From the IMG/VR virus record IMGVR_UViG_3300032070_000730: a stretch of DNA of 38,887 bases. One strand, given 5' to 3'. A program made the translations under genes and the position numbers. The DNA is from a virus. Its lineage: Duplodnaviria > Heunggongvirae > Uroviricota > Caudoviricetes. The notes below the pieces were generated by a model. The model was not told where the DNA came from. It did not search any database and was given only the letters and a program-made list of their open reading frames with translations. Positions 18,078-26,299 of the stretch are shown in pieces (the stretch's first letter is position 1; each line of letters begins with the position of its first letter).

Positions 18078-18551
18078 ATGGTTCATAAGATAAAAAAATC
18101 AAAGAGAAATTTTATAGAATGGGGATTTGATTTAACGCAAGTCAACAGTGATAATGATTTTGTAAGTTTATTGAAAGAATTCGGGTTTAAAGAAGTCAGT
18201 AGCATGAAGCCAGAAGATAAAATAATGTTATCTGGTGGAAAACCAATCGACATGACATTTAAAAGCATGTATGGCGAGAGATTCACTTCTTATCATAATA
18301 CTTTCCAGAGTCCAGAAGGAATAAAAATCAAAGTCGAACACATGGGCGGGAAAAAGAACGGCGACGAAGGTTTTCTGGGTTATATTGGAATAAAAGCACC
18401 AAAATCTGCGATGCAAAAGTTAACAAGTTTTCTTTCAAGATTCAGAGGAAAAGAAGCAATAACTGCAACTGATTGGTCTGGAAGAAAGGGCATAGCAAGA
18501 TATGTGAAAGAAGAATCACCGAATGAGAGTAGATTCATCGGGGTGGAATAA
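18078..18551 (+). CDS. array protein MVHK, 157 aa
   Basis: TAA-ATG junction. Confidence 0.75.
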   Translation: MVHKIKKSKRNFIEWGFDLTQVNSDNDFVSLLKEFGFKEVSSMKPEDKIMLSGGKPIDMTFKSMYGERFTSYHNTFQSPEGIKIKVEHMGGKKNGDEGFLGYIGIKAPKSAMQKLTSFLSRFRGKEAITATDWSGRKGIARYVKEESPNESRFIGVE

Positions 18552-18962
18552 ATGGTTCATAAGATTTGGAAGAGCATAGATGCATGGAGAGGCTATTACA
18601 CTTACGAACCGACAATCGATGATGTAAAAATTGGAAGCGATGACGAGGCTCTTCTAACAGAATGTAATTTTGTTTCCCATGAAGACAATGAAAAGTTTGT
18701 CGATATAACTAAAAAGGCATTGAGAAAGCATTTCAATATAAGGATAAAACACGGGCAAACGAGTAATGTATTTTCTGGAAATGTCATAGTGCTGGCTAAA
18801 CCAAAGGCTGGCGGAAAATGGAATCACGGACTTAAAAAAATAGCAAAGCAGGCGGATGAAATTTTTGTCGATTATTATACTCGTGGTTTTTCGATATTCA
18901 GTGGGACTACGAGTCCGATTGATTTGAAAGAATATAAAGAAAAATTGAATTTGGTGGTTTAA
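18552..18962 (+). CDS. array protein MVHK, 136 aa
   Basis: TAA-ATG junction. Confidence 0.75.
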   Translation: MVHKIWKSIDAWRGYYTYEPTIDDVKIGSDDEALLTECNFVSHEDNEKFVDITKKALRKHFNIRIKHGQTSNVFSGNVIVLAKPKAGGKWNHGLKKIAKQADEIFVDYYTRGFSIFSGTTSPIDLKEYKEKLNLVV

Positions 18963-19133
18963 ATGGTTCATAAGACGCAGGAAACAGATTTGGAAATGAG
19001 TATTGATAATACGATAAAAAAATTGCAGAAACTGCTGAAAAAGAAAAAGAAACAGCAAGAGATAAGTGCATACAATGCTTTGAGGGCTGAAGAAGACCTT
19101 CAAGCGATGTCAAAGGAATATTTGAGGTTTTGA
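18963..19133 (+). CDS. array protein MVHK, 56 aa
   Basis: Hand-translated; not in ORF track. Confidence 0.7.
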   Translation: MVHKTQETDLEMSIDNTIKKLQKLLKKKKKQQEISAYNALRAEEDLQAMSKEYLRF

Positions 19134-19136
19134 TAA

Positions 19137-19415
19137 ATGCACAGGATAAAAAAAACTGATGATATAGAAATATTTGCAGTAATCAAGAAAGTATCATTTA
19201 TGGGCAAGCCTTATTATTTTTTAGCATATCCTCAAGGGAATTTCCTGTTCACAGAATCAGAATTTAAAAAATTGAAGACTGAAAAATTTGGCGAAAACAC
19301 TCATAAGATTACTGTTCCGTATTCAATCAGAGACAAGGGGTATTATAGAAACATTCATTTTATGGATGAACATCCAACATTCGCTAAAAAAATCAGCGAA
19401 TTAAAATTGTGGTGA
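19137..19415 (+). CDS. array protein MHR, 92 aa
   Basis: ORF with M-H variant. Confidence 0.7.
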   Translation: MHRIKKTDDIEIFAVIKKVSFMGKPYYFLAYPQGNFLFTESEFKKLKTEKFGENTHKITVPYSIRDKGYYRNIHFMDEHPTFAKKISELKLW

Positions 19416-19419
19416 TGAA

Positions 19420-19896
19420 ATGGTTCATAAAGTAACATTCATAGTCGGTGAAGGAAGTGGTCTTACAGTCACGACAAGAAAAGGTATTCATAAGACTTAT
19501 AATCATGATATTTGGAAGCAGGTAATGACTTTAGGAGAGAAGAAAGAACCAACATCAAGAGGAATTGAAAATAAGTTCGATGTTAATGATTTGACAACAA
19601 TAATCGCAACTATGGATTACTTCAATGCAAGCGAAAATTGGAAGAAGCAGACTTTCTGGGATTTGAATGTAGCAAAATACAGATTGTTCGACTGGCTCGC
19701 TATGTGTGTGATGGGAAGGAACGATGACAACAGGGAATTGAACAATGAAGCATTGAAAGTCCTTGTTCATTCTTATTTAAAGAGTGAAGGAGACCCGAAA
19801 AAGTTCATAGAGGATTTGAGATATACTGATTATGATGTTGATAGAAGTTGGGAGAAAATCCAAATAGATGTTGAGGAAAAGAAGGGGAAAGAGTAA
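19420..19896 (+). CDS. array protein MVHK, 158 aa
   Basis: RBS ggtga. Confidence 0.75.
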   Translation: MVHKVTFIVGEGSGLTVTTRKGIHKTYNHDIWKQVMTLGEKKEPTSRGIENKFDVNDLTTIIATMDYFNASENWKKQTFWDLNVAKYRLFDWLAMCVMGRNDDNRELNNEALKVLVHSYLKSEGDPKKFIEDLRYTDYDVDRSWEKIQIDVEEKKGKE

Positions 19897-20366
19897 TGGT
19901 TCATACAATAAGTAGACCAGTCCATGAAGGAATAAAACATGGTATTCATAGACATACTGTTGTCGAAGTCATGGGCACGCCGATTTCTTTTGATATAGAA
20001 GAGAGACCATTAACAAAAGAGAATGTCATGTATGTCGCTAATAAAGTTCTGGAAAAAACTCCAGAGATTTCAAAAGCAGTCGGGGAAAATTGGTATCCTG
20101 TCGGTGGTGCTCAATTAGTAGTCGCTGGAAAAAACCCATTGGTAAATCTGATGAAGAAAGAAGGAGTAAGAGACGGAGATTTTTATACACTTGGTAATGT
20201 AAGAATGATGAAAATTGAGAAGGGTTATTGGGTATATTTAAGATATGAAGGTCAGAGTGCGACAGAAGACCAGTCATTAAATTTCAAAGAGCCTTTACAC
20301 AGATTATTTAAATTTGGTCTGGAAGCACTTGGCGTGGAATCGTATGTCAATACTTATATTGATTAG
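19896..20366 (+). CDS. array protein MVHT, 156 aa
   Basis: TAATG overlap. Confidence 0.75.
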   Translation: MVHTISRPVHEGIKHGIHRHTVVEVMGTPISFDIEERPLTKENVMYVANKVLEKTPEISKAVGENWYPVGGAQLVVAGKNPLVNLMKKEGVRDGDFYTLGNVRMMKIEKGYWVYLRYEGQSATEDQSLNFKEPLHRLFKFGLEALGVESYVNTYID

Positions 20367-20375
20367 GTGAGATGA

Positions 20376-20579
20376 ATGGTTCACAGAAAAAAATCAAAAA
20401 TATATACAATTTTTCCAAAATGGAGCACTATTGAAAAAAGAATGGAGAAAACACCAAATAAAATAAAATTTGAAACAGTGGCAAAAGCAAAAAAGTTCTT
20501 GGAACAATTACAAAGTATTCATGACAAATATTCAAGAAGATATTATTGGAGAGAAGGAAAAACGGTTTATAGGGATTAA
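20376..20579 (+). CDS. array protein MVHR, 67 aa
   Basis: RBS aggtga. Confidence 0.7.
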   Translation: MVHRKKSKIYTIFPKWSTIEKRMEKTPNKIKFETVAKAKKFLEQLQSIHDKYSRRYYWREGKTVYRD

Positions 20580-20581
20580 AT

Positions 20582-20830
20582 ATGGTTCACAAATATGCAA
20601 AAAAGGTATTTGATAACAGCACGCTTATTGATAGGACTAAATTTCGTCATGATTTCAAATTTGATATAGATATAAAAGACCCAAGTGATGGCTGGGCATA
20701 TTTTGGTTCTGTAAATTCGATTAAAGAAGCAGAAGACAGGGCAAAAGATTTTAATGATGCAAGGATTGTCGAAGCGACTACAGGAAAAATAGTAAAACAG
20801 ATTACTGGGTATCAGGAGAAGGGATTGTAG
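20582..20830 (+). CDS. array protein MVHK, 82 aa
   Basis: ORF with motif. Confidence 0.75.
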   Translation: MVHKYAKKVFDNSTLIDRTKFRHDFKFDIDIKDPSDGWAYFGSVNSIKEAEDRAKDFNDARIVEATTGKIVKQITGYQEKGL

Positions 20831-20974
20831 ATGCATAAACTAAAAAAGAAAATGAGTTATGAGGATGTGGAAAAATTAGAGAGATTATTCAAGAAAGAAG
20901 TTGGAAGAAAACCAACGACAGTAGAATTAAATTGGATAATAGGCGTGGGTTATTTTAACCCGCTTGAGTGGTGA
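20831..20974 (+). CDS. array protein MHK, 47 aa
   Basis: TAG-ATG junction; not in ORF track. Confidence 0.65.
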   Translation: MHKLKKKMSYEDVEKLERLFKKEVGRKPTTVELNWIIGVGYFNPLEW

Positions 20975-20981
20975 TGAATGA

Positions 20982-21191
20982 ATGCATACAATTAGTGGAA
21001 GTCTTTCAGAAGTCGGCTCTGGAATGGGCGGTCTATTTGGTGGAATGGCTACAGTTCCGATTTCAACTGCGATAATGAAACATGGGGCAGAACCAGTGAA
21101 AGGTGCAATGAAGAGAGCAGGAAAAGAGATTGCGGGGAAGAAAAAAACAAAGAAAAAAGTCGCTAAAAAAGGAAAGAAGAAAAAAAGATGA
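20982..21191 (+). CDS. array protein MHT, 69 aa, with coat-like helix and Lys-rich tail
   Basis: SLSEVGSGMGGLFGGM resembles TLSDIGSGIGSLFTGM of 8548. Confidence 0.7.
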   Translation: MHTISGSLSEVGSGMGGLFGGMATVPISTAIMKHGAEPVKGAMKRAGKEIAGKKKTKKKVAKKGKKKKR

Positions 21192-21195
21192 TTCG

Positions 21196-21360
21196 ATGGT
21201 TCATACTTTGCAAGGAAAAAAGAATCAAATGATTACTGTCAGGGCTGAAGATGGAAAACTCGTCTATGAATTTTGGAGAAAATTAGCCGAAGTGTCAAAG
21301 CCAAAAAATGGAAGCCTTGCACCATCGGCAATCATAAGGAGAGATGATTATGGTTCATAA
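21196..21360 (+). CDS. array protein MVHT, 54 aa
   Basis: Start reassigned to the motif. Confidence 0.7.
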   Translation: MVHTLQGKKNQMITVRAEDGKLVYEFWRKLAEVSKPKNGSLAPSAIIRRDDYGS

Positions 21361-21634
21361 AATTAAGGGGAAATATTTATTCACTTCAGATGCAAGTCAT
21401 GGGTGGATAAAAGTTCCAAGAGAAGAATTAAAGGGACTTGGTATAGAAGATAAAATAACAGGATTTAGTTATCAAAGTTCAGATGGTAAATTTGCATATT
21501 TGGAAGAAGATATGGATGCTACAATCTTTGTTGACGCATTCAAAAAAAGATTTAACAAAGAACCAGAATTTAAATCAAAATCAGTTAATTACAGTTCAAT
21601 TAGAAATCTTCCAAGTTATAAAAAGGGGGTATAA
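21350..21634 (+). CDS. array protein MVHK, 94 aa, with HGW...YLEED motif
   Basis: SDASHGWIKV...AYLEEDMD recalls a small uncharacterised phage/plasmid family (from memory, not searched). Confidence 0.7.
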   Translation: MVHKIKGKYLFTSDASHGWIKVPREELKGLGIEDKITGFSYQSSDGKFAYLEEDMDATIFVDAFKKRFNKEPEFKSKSVNYSSIRNLPSYKKGV

Positions 21635-22221
21635 TGGTTCATAAAGTTGGCGAAGAAATAAAAAAATTCGATTCAGCATTTCCTTCTAATCATAAGGCTG
21701 GTCTTCATACTTTAGATTCTGTTAATGGTGCGAGTAATTGGCTCGATGAGATGGATGCTGAATTTGAAGCAAGAGCAAGAGAAATTGATGAGATAAATGC
21801 AGAACTTGATAAAAGATACAAAGAGCAGGAAGATGAACAAAAAGAATGGGAAGACAGGCAAGAATTGGAAAAACAAAAAATAGACCTTGAAGCACAGAAA
21901 GATGAGATAGAAAGGCAGAGAGATGAAATACATGAATTGAGGACTACTTTATTGCAAAAACAAATAGAAACAAAACCAACTGCAATAGCACCAACTGTTG
22001 TAACACCAAGTATGCCAGATGGTGAAGTCGTGATGGAACTTCCAAGAGGAAAATCAATAACTGAAGAGATAAAAGAAAGAGCACCGAAAATAACTGAAAG
22101 CCTTAAAAAAACAGGAAGGTTGATAGAGTCTATACCAAAAAGATTGTTTCCAGAACCGAAGAAAAAACAAAATCAAGAATGGGAAAAGTTTAAAGAAGGA
22201 AGTAAAATAAGGTGGATTTAA
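21634..22221 (+). CDS. array protein MVHK, 195 aa, acidic coiled coil
   Basis: E/Q/K-rich heptad region. Confidence 0.75.
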   Translation: MVHKVGEEIKKFDSAFPSNHKAGLHTLDSVNGASNWLDEMDAEFEARAREIDEINAELDKRYKEQEDEQKEWEDRQELEKQKIDLEAQKDEIERQRDEIHELRTTLLQKQIETKPTAIAPTVVTPSMPDGEVVMELPRGKSITEEIKERAPKITESLKKTGRLIESIPKRLFPEPKKKQNQEWEKFKEGSKIRWI

Positions 22222-22352
22222 TGGTTCATAAAATGGAATTATTTTCATTGAAAGAAAGAAAAAAAGTGTTCAATGCATTTTGGAGAGCGGAAATAAAAGG
22301 TCATTCATCTATCAATCTGGCAGGCAGTAAATATAAAATAAAGAAAATGTGA
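22221..22352 (+). CDS. array protein MVHK, 43 aa
   Basis: TAATG overlap; not in ORF track. Confidence 0.7.
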   Translation: MVHKMELFSLKERKKVFNAFWRAEIKGHSSINLAGSKYKIKKM

Positions 22353-22356
22353 GGAT

Positions 22357-22494
22357 ATGGTTCATAAAATAAAGTTTGGAGATTGGGGGCAGATATACAA
22401 TCGTAGAGGAGATGCGATAGGAAGGCGAAGATTAATTTTAGGAACTGAAGAATATGAAGAGGAATATTGGGGAAGTCCAAGTGAGGAATGGTAA
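22357..22494 (+). CDS. array protein MVHK, 45 aa
   Basis: RBS gagga; not in ORF track. Confidence 0.7.
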   Translation: MVHKIKFGDWGQIYNRRGDAIGRRRLILGTEEYEEEYWGSPSEEW

Positions 22495-22496
22495 TT

Positions 22497-22706
22497 ATGG
22501 TTCATAAACTACCAACAATAAAATTCAAAAACAAGGAATATATTTATGATTACAGGCTTTCTGAACTCCGAACTGCTGGAGAAAAATCACCAATAAAATT
22601 CATAGCACTTAATAACACCGAAAACGAACTGCTTGATTATGCTATTAAAAATCAGGACAAAAGCCTGATAAAAATAAATATGAAAGATTTGGAGTGGAAG
22701 TTATAG
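22497..22706 (+). CDS. array protein MVHK, 69 aa
   Basis: Start reassigned to the motif. Confidence 0.75.
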   Translation: MVHKLPTIKFKNKEYIYDYRLSELRTAGEKSPIKFIALNNTENELLDYAIKNQDKSLIKINMKDLEWKL

Positions 22707-22918
22707 TGGTTCACAAAGTCGAAGTAGAAAAAAAACCAGAACAAGATTGGATTGTATGGTTCGGTCATTTGATTACTGAAGAGGCTGGTTGGACTCCTGA
22801 ACAGATAACAAAAATGGCGAAAGAAGGAACGATTTCATTCGAGACCTATAAACCAGATTTCATAAAAATAACTGATGTCGATGATAATGTATTACATGGA
22901 GAAATGTTGGGTGAGTAA
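22706..22918 (+). CDS. array protein MVHK, 70 aa
   Basis: TAGTG overlap, GTG start. Confidence 0.7.
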   Translation: MVHKVEVEKKPEQDWIVWFGHLITEEAGWTPEQITKMAKEGTISFETYKPDFIKITDVDDNVLHGEMLGE

Positions 22919-23101
22919 ATGTTCAAAAAAATATTTAATTTATTTAAGAAAGACAAAACAGTAAAATCAAAAAGAGAACTTATAATAGATTTTTTAGGAT
23001 TTGACCCTGTTGAAATGGGGTTAATATCAGAGGAATTTTTTAATTTTAATCAAACAAAATTAAGTGAATTTTTTATTAATGGTGATAAAAATGGTTCATA
23101 A
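22919..23101 (+). CDS. 60-aa ORF inside the array lacking the motif (MFKK)
   Basis: TAA-ATG junction; ends NGS* inside the next motif. Confidence 0.6.
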   Translation: MFKKIFNLFKKDKTVKSKRELIIDFLGFDPVEMGLISEEFFNFNQTKLSEFFINGDKNGS

Positions 23102-23366
23102 ATTGAAAGAACAAATCATGTCACATCTCGAAGAAGACATAAAAGAGGCAGAAGCAGGAATAAAAAAAGACCAAGAACTCATGGCACAATTAAAGAATTT
23201 AGAGAAACCAGCAGAGCAAAAACCAGTAGAAGAAGATGAAGGAGATATAATGGATGATTATGCTGAAACAATGGACGAGTTCATAGATTCGCTTGGTAGT
23301 GCTCATAAAGATGAGCCGAAGACAGACAAAGAGAAAGAAGTAGAAGAGATGCGAGCGTTGGGTTGA
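23091..23366 (+). CDS. array protein MVHK, 91 aa, acidic
   Basis: RBS ggtga. Confidence 0.75.
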   Translation: MVHKLKEQIMSHLEEDIKEAEAGIKKDQELMAQLKNLEKPAEQKPVEEDEGDIMDDYAETMDEFIDSLGSAHKDEPKTDKEKEVEEMRALG

Positions 23367-23367
23367 T

Positions 23368-23500
23368 ATGCATAGAATTCATAAAAATGTGGATTTGGAT
23401 TGAGGGGATTTGAAAGAAAACATGGAAATGTTGCAGAAGATGCTATGACCCAGAGAATCTGCATCCAGATTATTGCTCATGCTTATGTCACGAGAGGTAA
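23368..23500 (+). pseudogene. possibly broken array member: MHRIHKNVDLD* followed by a start-less Cys-rich frame
   Basis: 11-aa ORF 23368-23403; another frame reads KKTWKCCRRCYDPENLHPDYCSCLCHER* to 23500. Confidence 0.3.
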
Positions 23501-23505
23501 TTTGA

Positions 23506-23628
23506 TTGGTTCATAAAATCAAAGAAAAAAATATTATGATGCAAAGACTTACGGAGTATGGATACTCCTTGAAGACTGCGAAACAACTTGCACATCAATT
23601 CATAAGAGGTAAGTTTTATGGTTCATAA
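23506..23628 (+). CDS. array protein MVHK, 40 aa
   Basis: TTG start after gaggt; not in ORF track. Confidence 0.65.
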   Translation: MVHKIKEKNIMMQRLTEYGYSLKTAKQLAHQFIRGKFYGS

Positions 23629-23923
23629 GTGGAAACCGAGCAAGTCAGACATCGAATGGACACTGAATACGGTCAAATCTTTGAAAGTCGGTGGAATCTG
23701 GGGAACTTCATTCGCCAGTTTCAAAAAAGTCTCTGAAAACAAGTTCATCATCGAACAGATAAACCCAGACCCGAAAGTTAATGCTGTTGAAAATATAGAG
23801 AAGGTTGAAAAGGTCTTCAAGACTCTTGGAATTCAACTTGAAGGAAAATATGATTTCATTCTTGCTTCAGCAGTTCCAAAACACGAATTTTTCATCGGTA
23901 TGAAAAAGAAGAAGTTGATTTGA
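23618..23923 (+). CDS. array protein MVHK, 101 aa
   Basis: RBS gaggt. Confidence 0.75.
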   Translation: MVHKWKPSKSDIEWTLNTVKSLKVGGIWGTSFASFKKVSENKFIIEQINPDPKVNAVENIEKVEKVFKTLGIQLEGKYDFILASAVPKHEFFIGMKKKKLI

Positions 23924-24231
23924 TGGTTCACAAGCATGAAGGGAAGAAACTTGCAATGGCTTATAGGATTTATATTAATTTTCCATACGGTGCTTTAAAG
24001 GACAAATGGTTTCCAATGCTCGAACAGAGAAAATTCCTCGATGATATAGAAGGGGATGAATGGATATTGAACAAGAATCCCATGTTGGCAAAGATTGGAA
24101 TGAGGTCAAAGATAGTCTATGAACCAGCAGAGGCTACAGAGATGCTTGAAAGAAAAATGTTTAGAAAACTTGGTTGGGAAAAACAATCGATGAAACGTGG
24201 TCTTCTGGAAAGTATGCTCGTTTTCTATTAG
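23923..24231 (+). CDS. array protein MVHK, 102 aa
   Basis: TGATG overlap. Confidence 0.75.
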   Translation: MVHKHEGKKLAMAYRIYINFPYGALKDKWFPMLEQRKFLDDIEGDEWILNKNPMLAKIGMRSKIVYEPAEATEMLERKMFRKLGWEKQSMKRGLLESMLVFY

Positions 24232-24262
24232 ATATTTAAAAATTGAGTCCCTATTATATATC

Positions 24263-24397
24263 ATGCATTTGATTGAAAAATCGAAAGAGACTTTGAAGGG
24301 TCTGGTAAAAAACGACCCGTTGATAAAAAAGTTTTCTCCTGTAAAGGAAGAGGATGTGTATGCACAAGATAGAGGAAAACCAGCAACAGAACGATAA
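24263..24397 (+). CDS. array protein MHL, 44 aa
   Basis: ATG CAT TTG; no clear RBS. Confidence 0.5.
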   Translation: MHLIEKSKETLKGLVKNDPLIKKFSPVKEEDVYAQDRGKPATER

Positions 24398-24524
24398 TGT
24401 CTTTGTCGAAGGATTGAATGGATGGAAGAGCATTATCTCTAAAGTAAGTGAAATCAGGAAGAAGCCAGAAGCAGAACAGCAACAGCCACAAAAACCACCA
24501 AAGAAAGAGGGGTGGAGTATTTAA
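24360..24524 (+). CDS. array protein MHK, 54 aa
   Basis: RBS gagga; MHKIEENQQQ...; not in ORF track. Confidence 0.65.
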   Translation: MHKIEENQQQNDNVFVEGLNGWKSIISKVSEIRKKPEAEQQQPQKPPKKEGWSI

Positions 24525-24557
24525 GCCTATATGAAAACTAAATTATTTAATTTTTTG

Positions 24558-24580
24558 AAAATTTTAGAAATATTTAAATA
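24558..24580 (+). promoter_or_regulatory. shared promoter motif
   Basis: aaaattttagaaataTTTAAATA, TATA at 24573-24580. Confidence 0.65.
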
Positions 24581-24620
24581 GTTTATTCACCTAAATATCC
24601 TTTATTGAAGGTGTAAACAA

Positions 24621-25133
24621 ATGGATAAAAAAATTTTAGCAGGGTTTATATCTGCTTTAGCAATGACTTTGCCATTTTTGGCGATTTCAGTAAGTGCAGT
24701 GGACTCGTATGTTAAGGTTACAGTAACAGGATATTGTTCTACAACCCTATCTTCTGGGTTTACGGGCAATGTAAGTTTTGGCAGTCTTGGTCAAGGAACA
24801 ACCAATAATCCAGCGACCTCAAACGGTGACGGTGAAACAACCAATTCGTCATATTTGGTGACGACATCAAGCAATACAAACTGTAATGTGACATATTCTG
24901 CAACGGACTTTTCTGGTGCAGGAACGATTGCAAAGGCAAATCTGAAGATGAATGTGACCAAATTCGCAGATGGTTATGCGGGTAATGGCACAAGCACATT
25001 CGCAAGCGACATAAAAGTTGCAAGTGTTGGAGATGGAGAAGAATTGTATTCAAACTTCTTTTTGACTATTCCAGCATTGCAGGCAAAGGGTGGGTATCAG
25101 TCAGAGTTGACCGTATCAACGCTTGAAGCATAA
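24621..25133 (+). CDS. secreted beta-rich pilin/fibre-like subunit A
   Basis: Signal peptide; NVSFGSL...SYLV...NVTYSATDF...FLTIP..Q..GGYQSELTVS. Confidence 0.55.
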   Translation: MDKKILAGFISALAMTLPFLAISVSAVDSYVKVTVTGYCSTTLSSGFTGNVSFGSLGQGTTNNPATSNGDGETTNSSYLVTTSSNTNCNVTYSATDFSGAGTIAKANLKMNVTKFADGYAGNGTSTFASDIKVASVGDGEELYSNFFLTIPALQAKGGYQSELTVSTLEA

Positions 25134-25161
25134 AACCATTAATAGCAAAGAGGAAAGCAGA

Positions 25162-25683
25162 ATGAAATCTTTAGTCATAGGTAGCATTTTTTTTCTTTTA
25201 TTTAGTTTTTTTGCTCTATCAATGCCGACTGTAGAACCTGCAACGGCATACGCCACGCTTACTGTGGGGACTTATGCCTCGATTACTTTGTCTTCTGGTT
25301 TTTTGAGTAATATAACTTTTCCAATAACAGCACCGAACACTTTGGCGACTGCGACTGGAAACGGGAACGGTAGTTCTTATCCAAGTTATTATGTGACATT
25401 TTCTGGAAATGTTCAAGGGAACATAACTTATTCAGCGACAAATTTTACTTCTGGCGGTTCATATAATATACCAAATTCTAATTTCGCAATGAACACCACA
25501 AAAAACAATTATCCTTCAGCAAATAATGAATTGAACGAAACTTTTGCTTCTAACAGGACTTATGCATTTACAAACAATGCAGACAAATTATATACCAATT
25601 TTTGGGTCTTTGCACCCTCTGGTGCTGGCAGTGGGACAGTGGATTTGGTTTCCACTATGACAATTTCTGTCATAGAGGCATGA
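25162..25683 (+). CDS. secreted pilin/fibre-like subunit B, paralogue of A
   Basis: Shares TLSSGF..N..F, NITYSATNF, LYTNF and terminal EA with 24621. Confidence 0.55.
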   Translation: MKSLVIGSIFFLLFSFFALSMPTVEPATAYATLTVGTYASITLSSGFLSNITFPITAPNTLATATGNGNGSSYPSYYVTFSGNVQGNITYSATNFTSGGSYNIPNSNFAMNTTKNNYPSANNELNETFASNRTYAFTNNADKLYTNFWVFAPSGAGSGTVDLVSTMTISVIEA

Positions 25684-25721
25684 TGTGAAATTATTTAAAT
25701 TTAAAAAGATTAATTATTAGC

Positions 25722-26264
25722 ATGAAACATCTGAAAATGTTTGTCTTTTTGTTAATAATGCTGAACATCTCCTCGAATATCGTCCTCGCAAAGACTATAG
25801 GAATAGGAGCATCGCCGATGAAAATAGAAGTCGGTCTTGGAAATGAGACCAATGCGACTAATAACATAGAATATGATTTTACGATTTACAACACAGGAGA
25901 GATGCGGATAAGAGTGACTCCAGATTATATCGATGCGAACATGAAAAATTTCAGCAGACCTTTAATCAATGAAATAATAATACAACCGAATTCCACAGAA
26001 AAGTTTCCCGTAATATTTTTCAGGAATGGAACTGGATACAAAGCATACAATGGGACTTTAAGATTTATCGCAGAACCAAATGAGACGATGGAATCTGGTA
26101 TGTTTGCAGTCAGACCAGCGACAGACATAAGAATAAGTATATTTCAAATGACAACAATCTCACCGACACAAACTAACAACAAATGGCTTGCAATAATCCT
26201 TGCTATAACCGTAATCTTGTTTATGGTATTAGTCGGATGGTTCGTAACTTCCAGAAGGAAATGA
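25722..26264 (+). CDS. secreted Ig-like protein with C-terminal TM
   Basis: IGIGASPMKIE...IYNTG; TM followed by RRK. Confidence 0.55.
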   Translation: MKHLKMFVFLLIMLNISSNIVLAKTIGIGASPMKIEVGLGNETNATNNIEYDFTIYNTGEMRIRVTPDYIDANMKNFSRPLINEIIIQPNSTEKFPVIFFRNGTGYKAYNGTLRFIAEPNETMESGMFAVRPATDIRISIFQMTTISPTQTNNKWLAIILAITVILFMVLVGWFVTSRRK

Positions 26265-26299
26265 AATCTATAAATCCTGATTCAAACAATTATTAAAGC

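Larger units (their letters stand above)
15672..24524 (+). repeat. tandem array of 35 short ORFs sharing an N-terminal ATGGTTCAYAA / M-(V,A,S)-H or M-H start
   Basis: 24 MVH, 2 MAH, 1 MSH, 7 MH starts and one exception (22919); gene bodies are unrelated. Confidence 0.92.

Noticed and set aside
23387-23426. ATGT/ACAT helix with 3-nt bulges in the broken array member
   Set aside because: Canonical excision (33 nt) gives a 15-aa peptide and does not reach the Cys-rich frame; the bulges are GGA
15672-24524. Array as a CRISPR or classical integron
   Set aside because: The repeat is only ~11 nt, the intervals are 36-590 nt coding genes, and there are no attC palindromes, cas genes or integrase in the window
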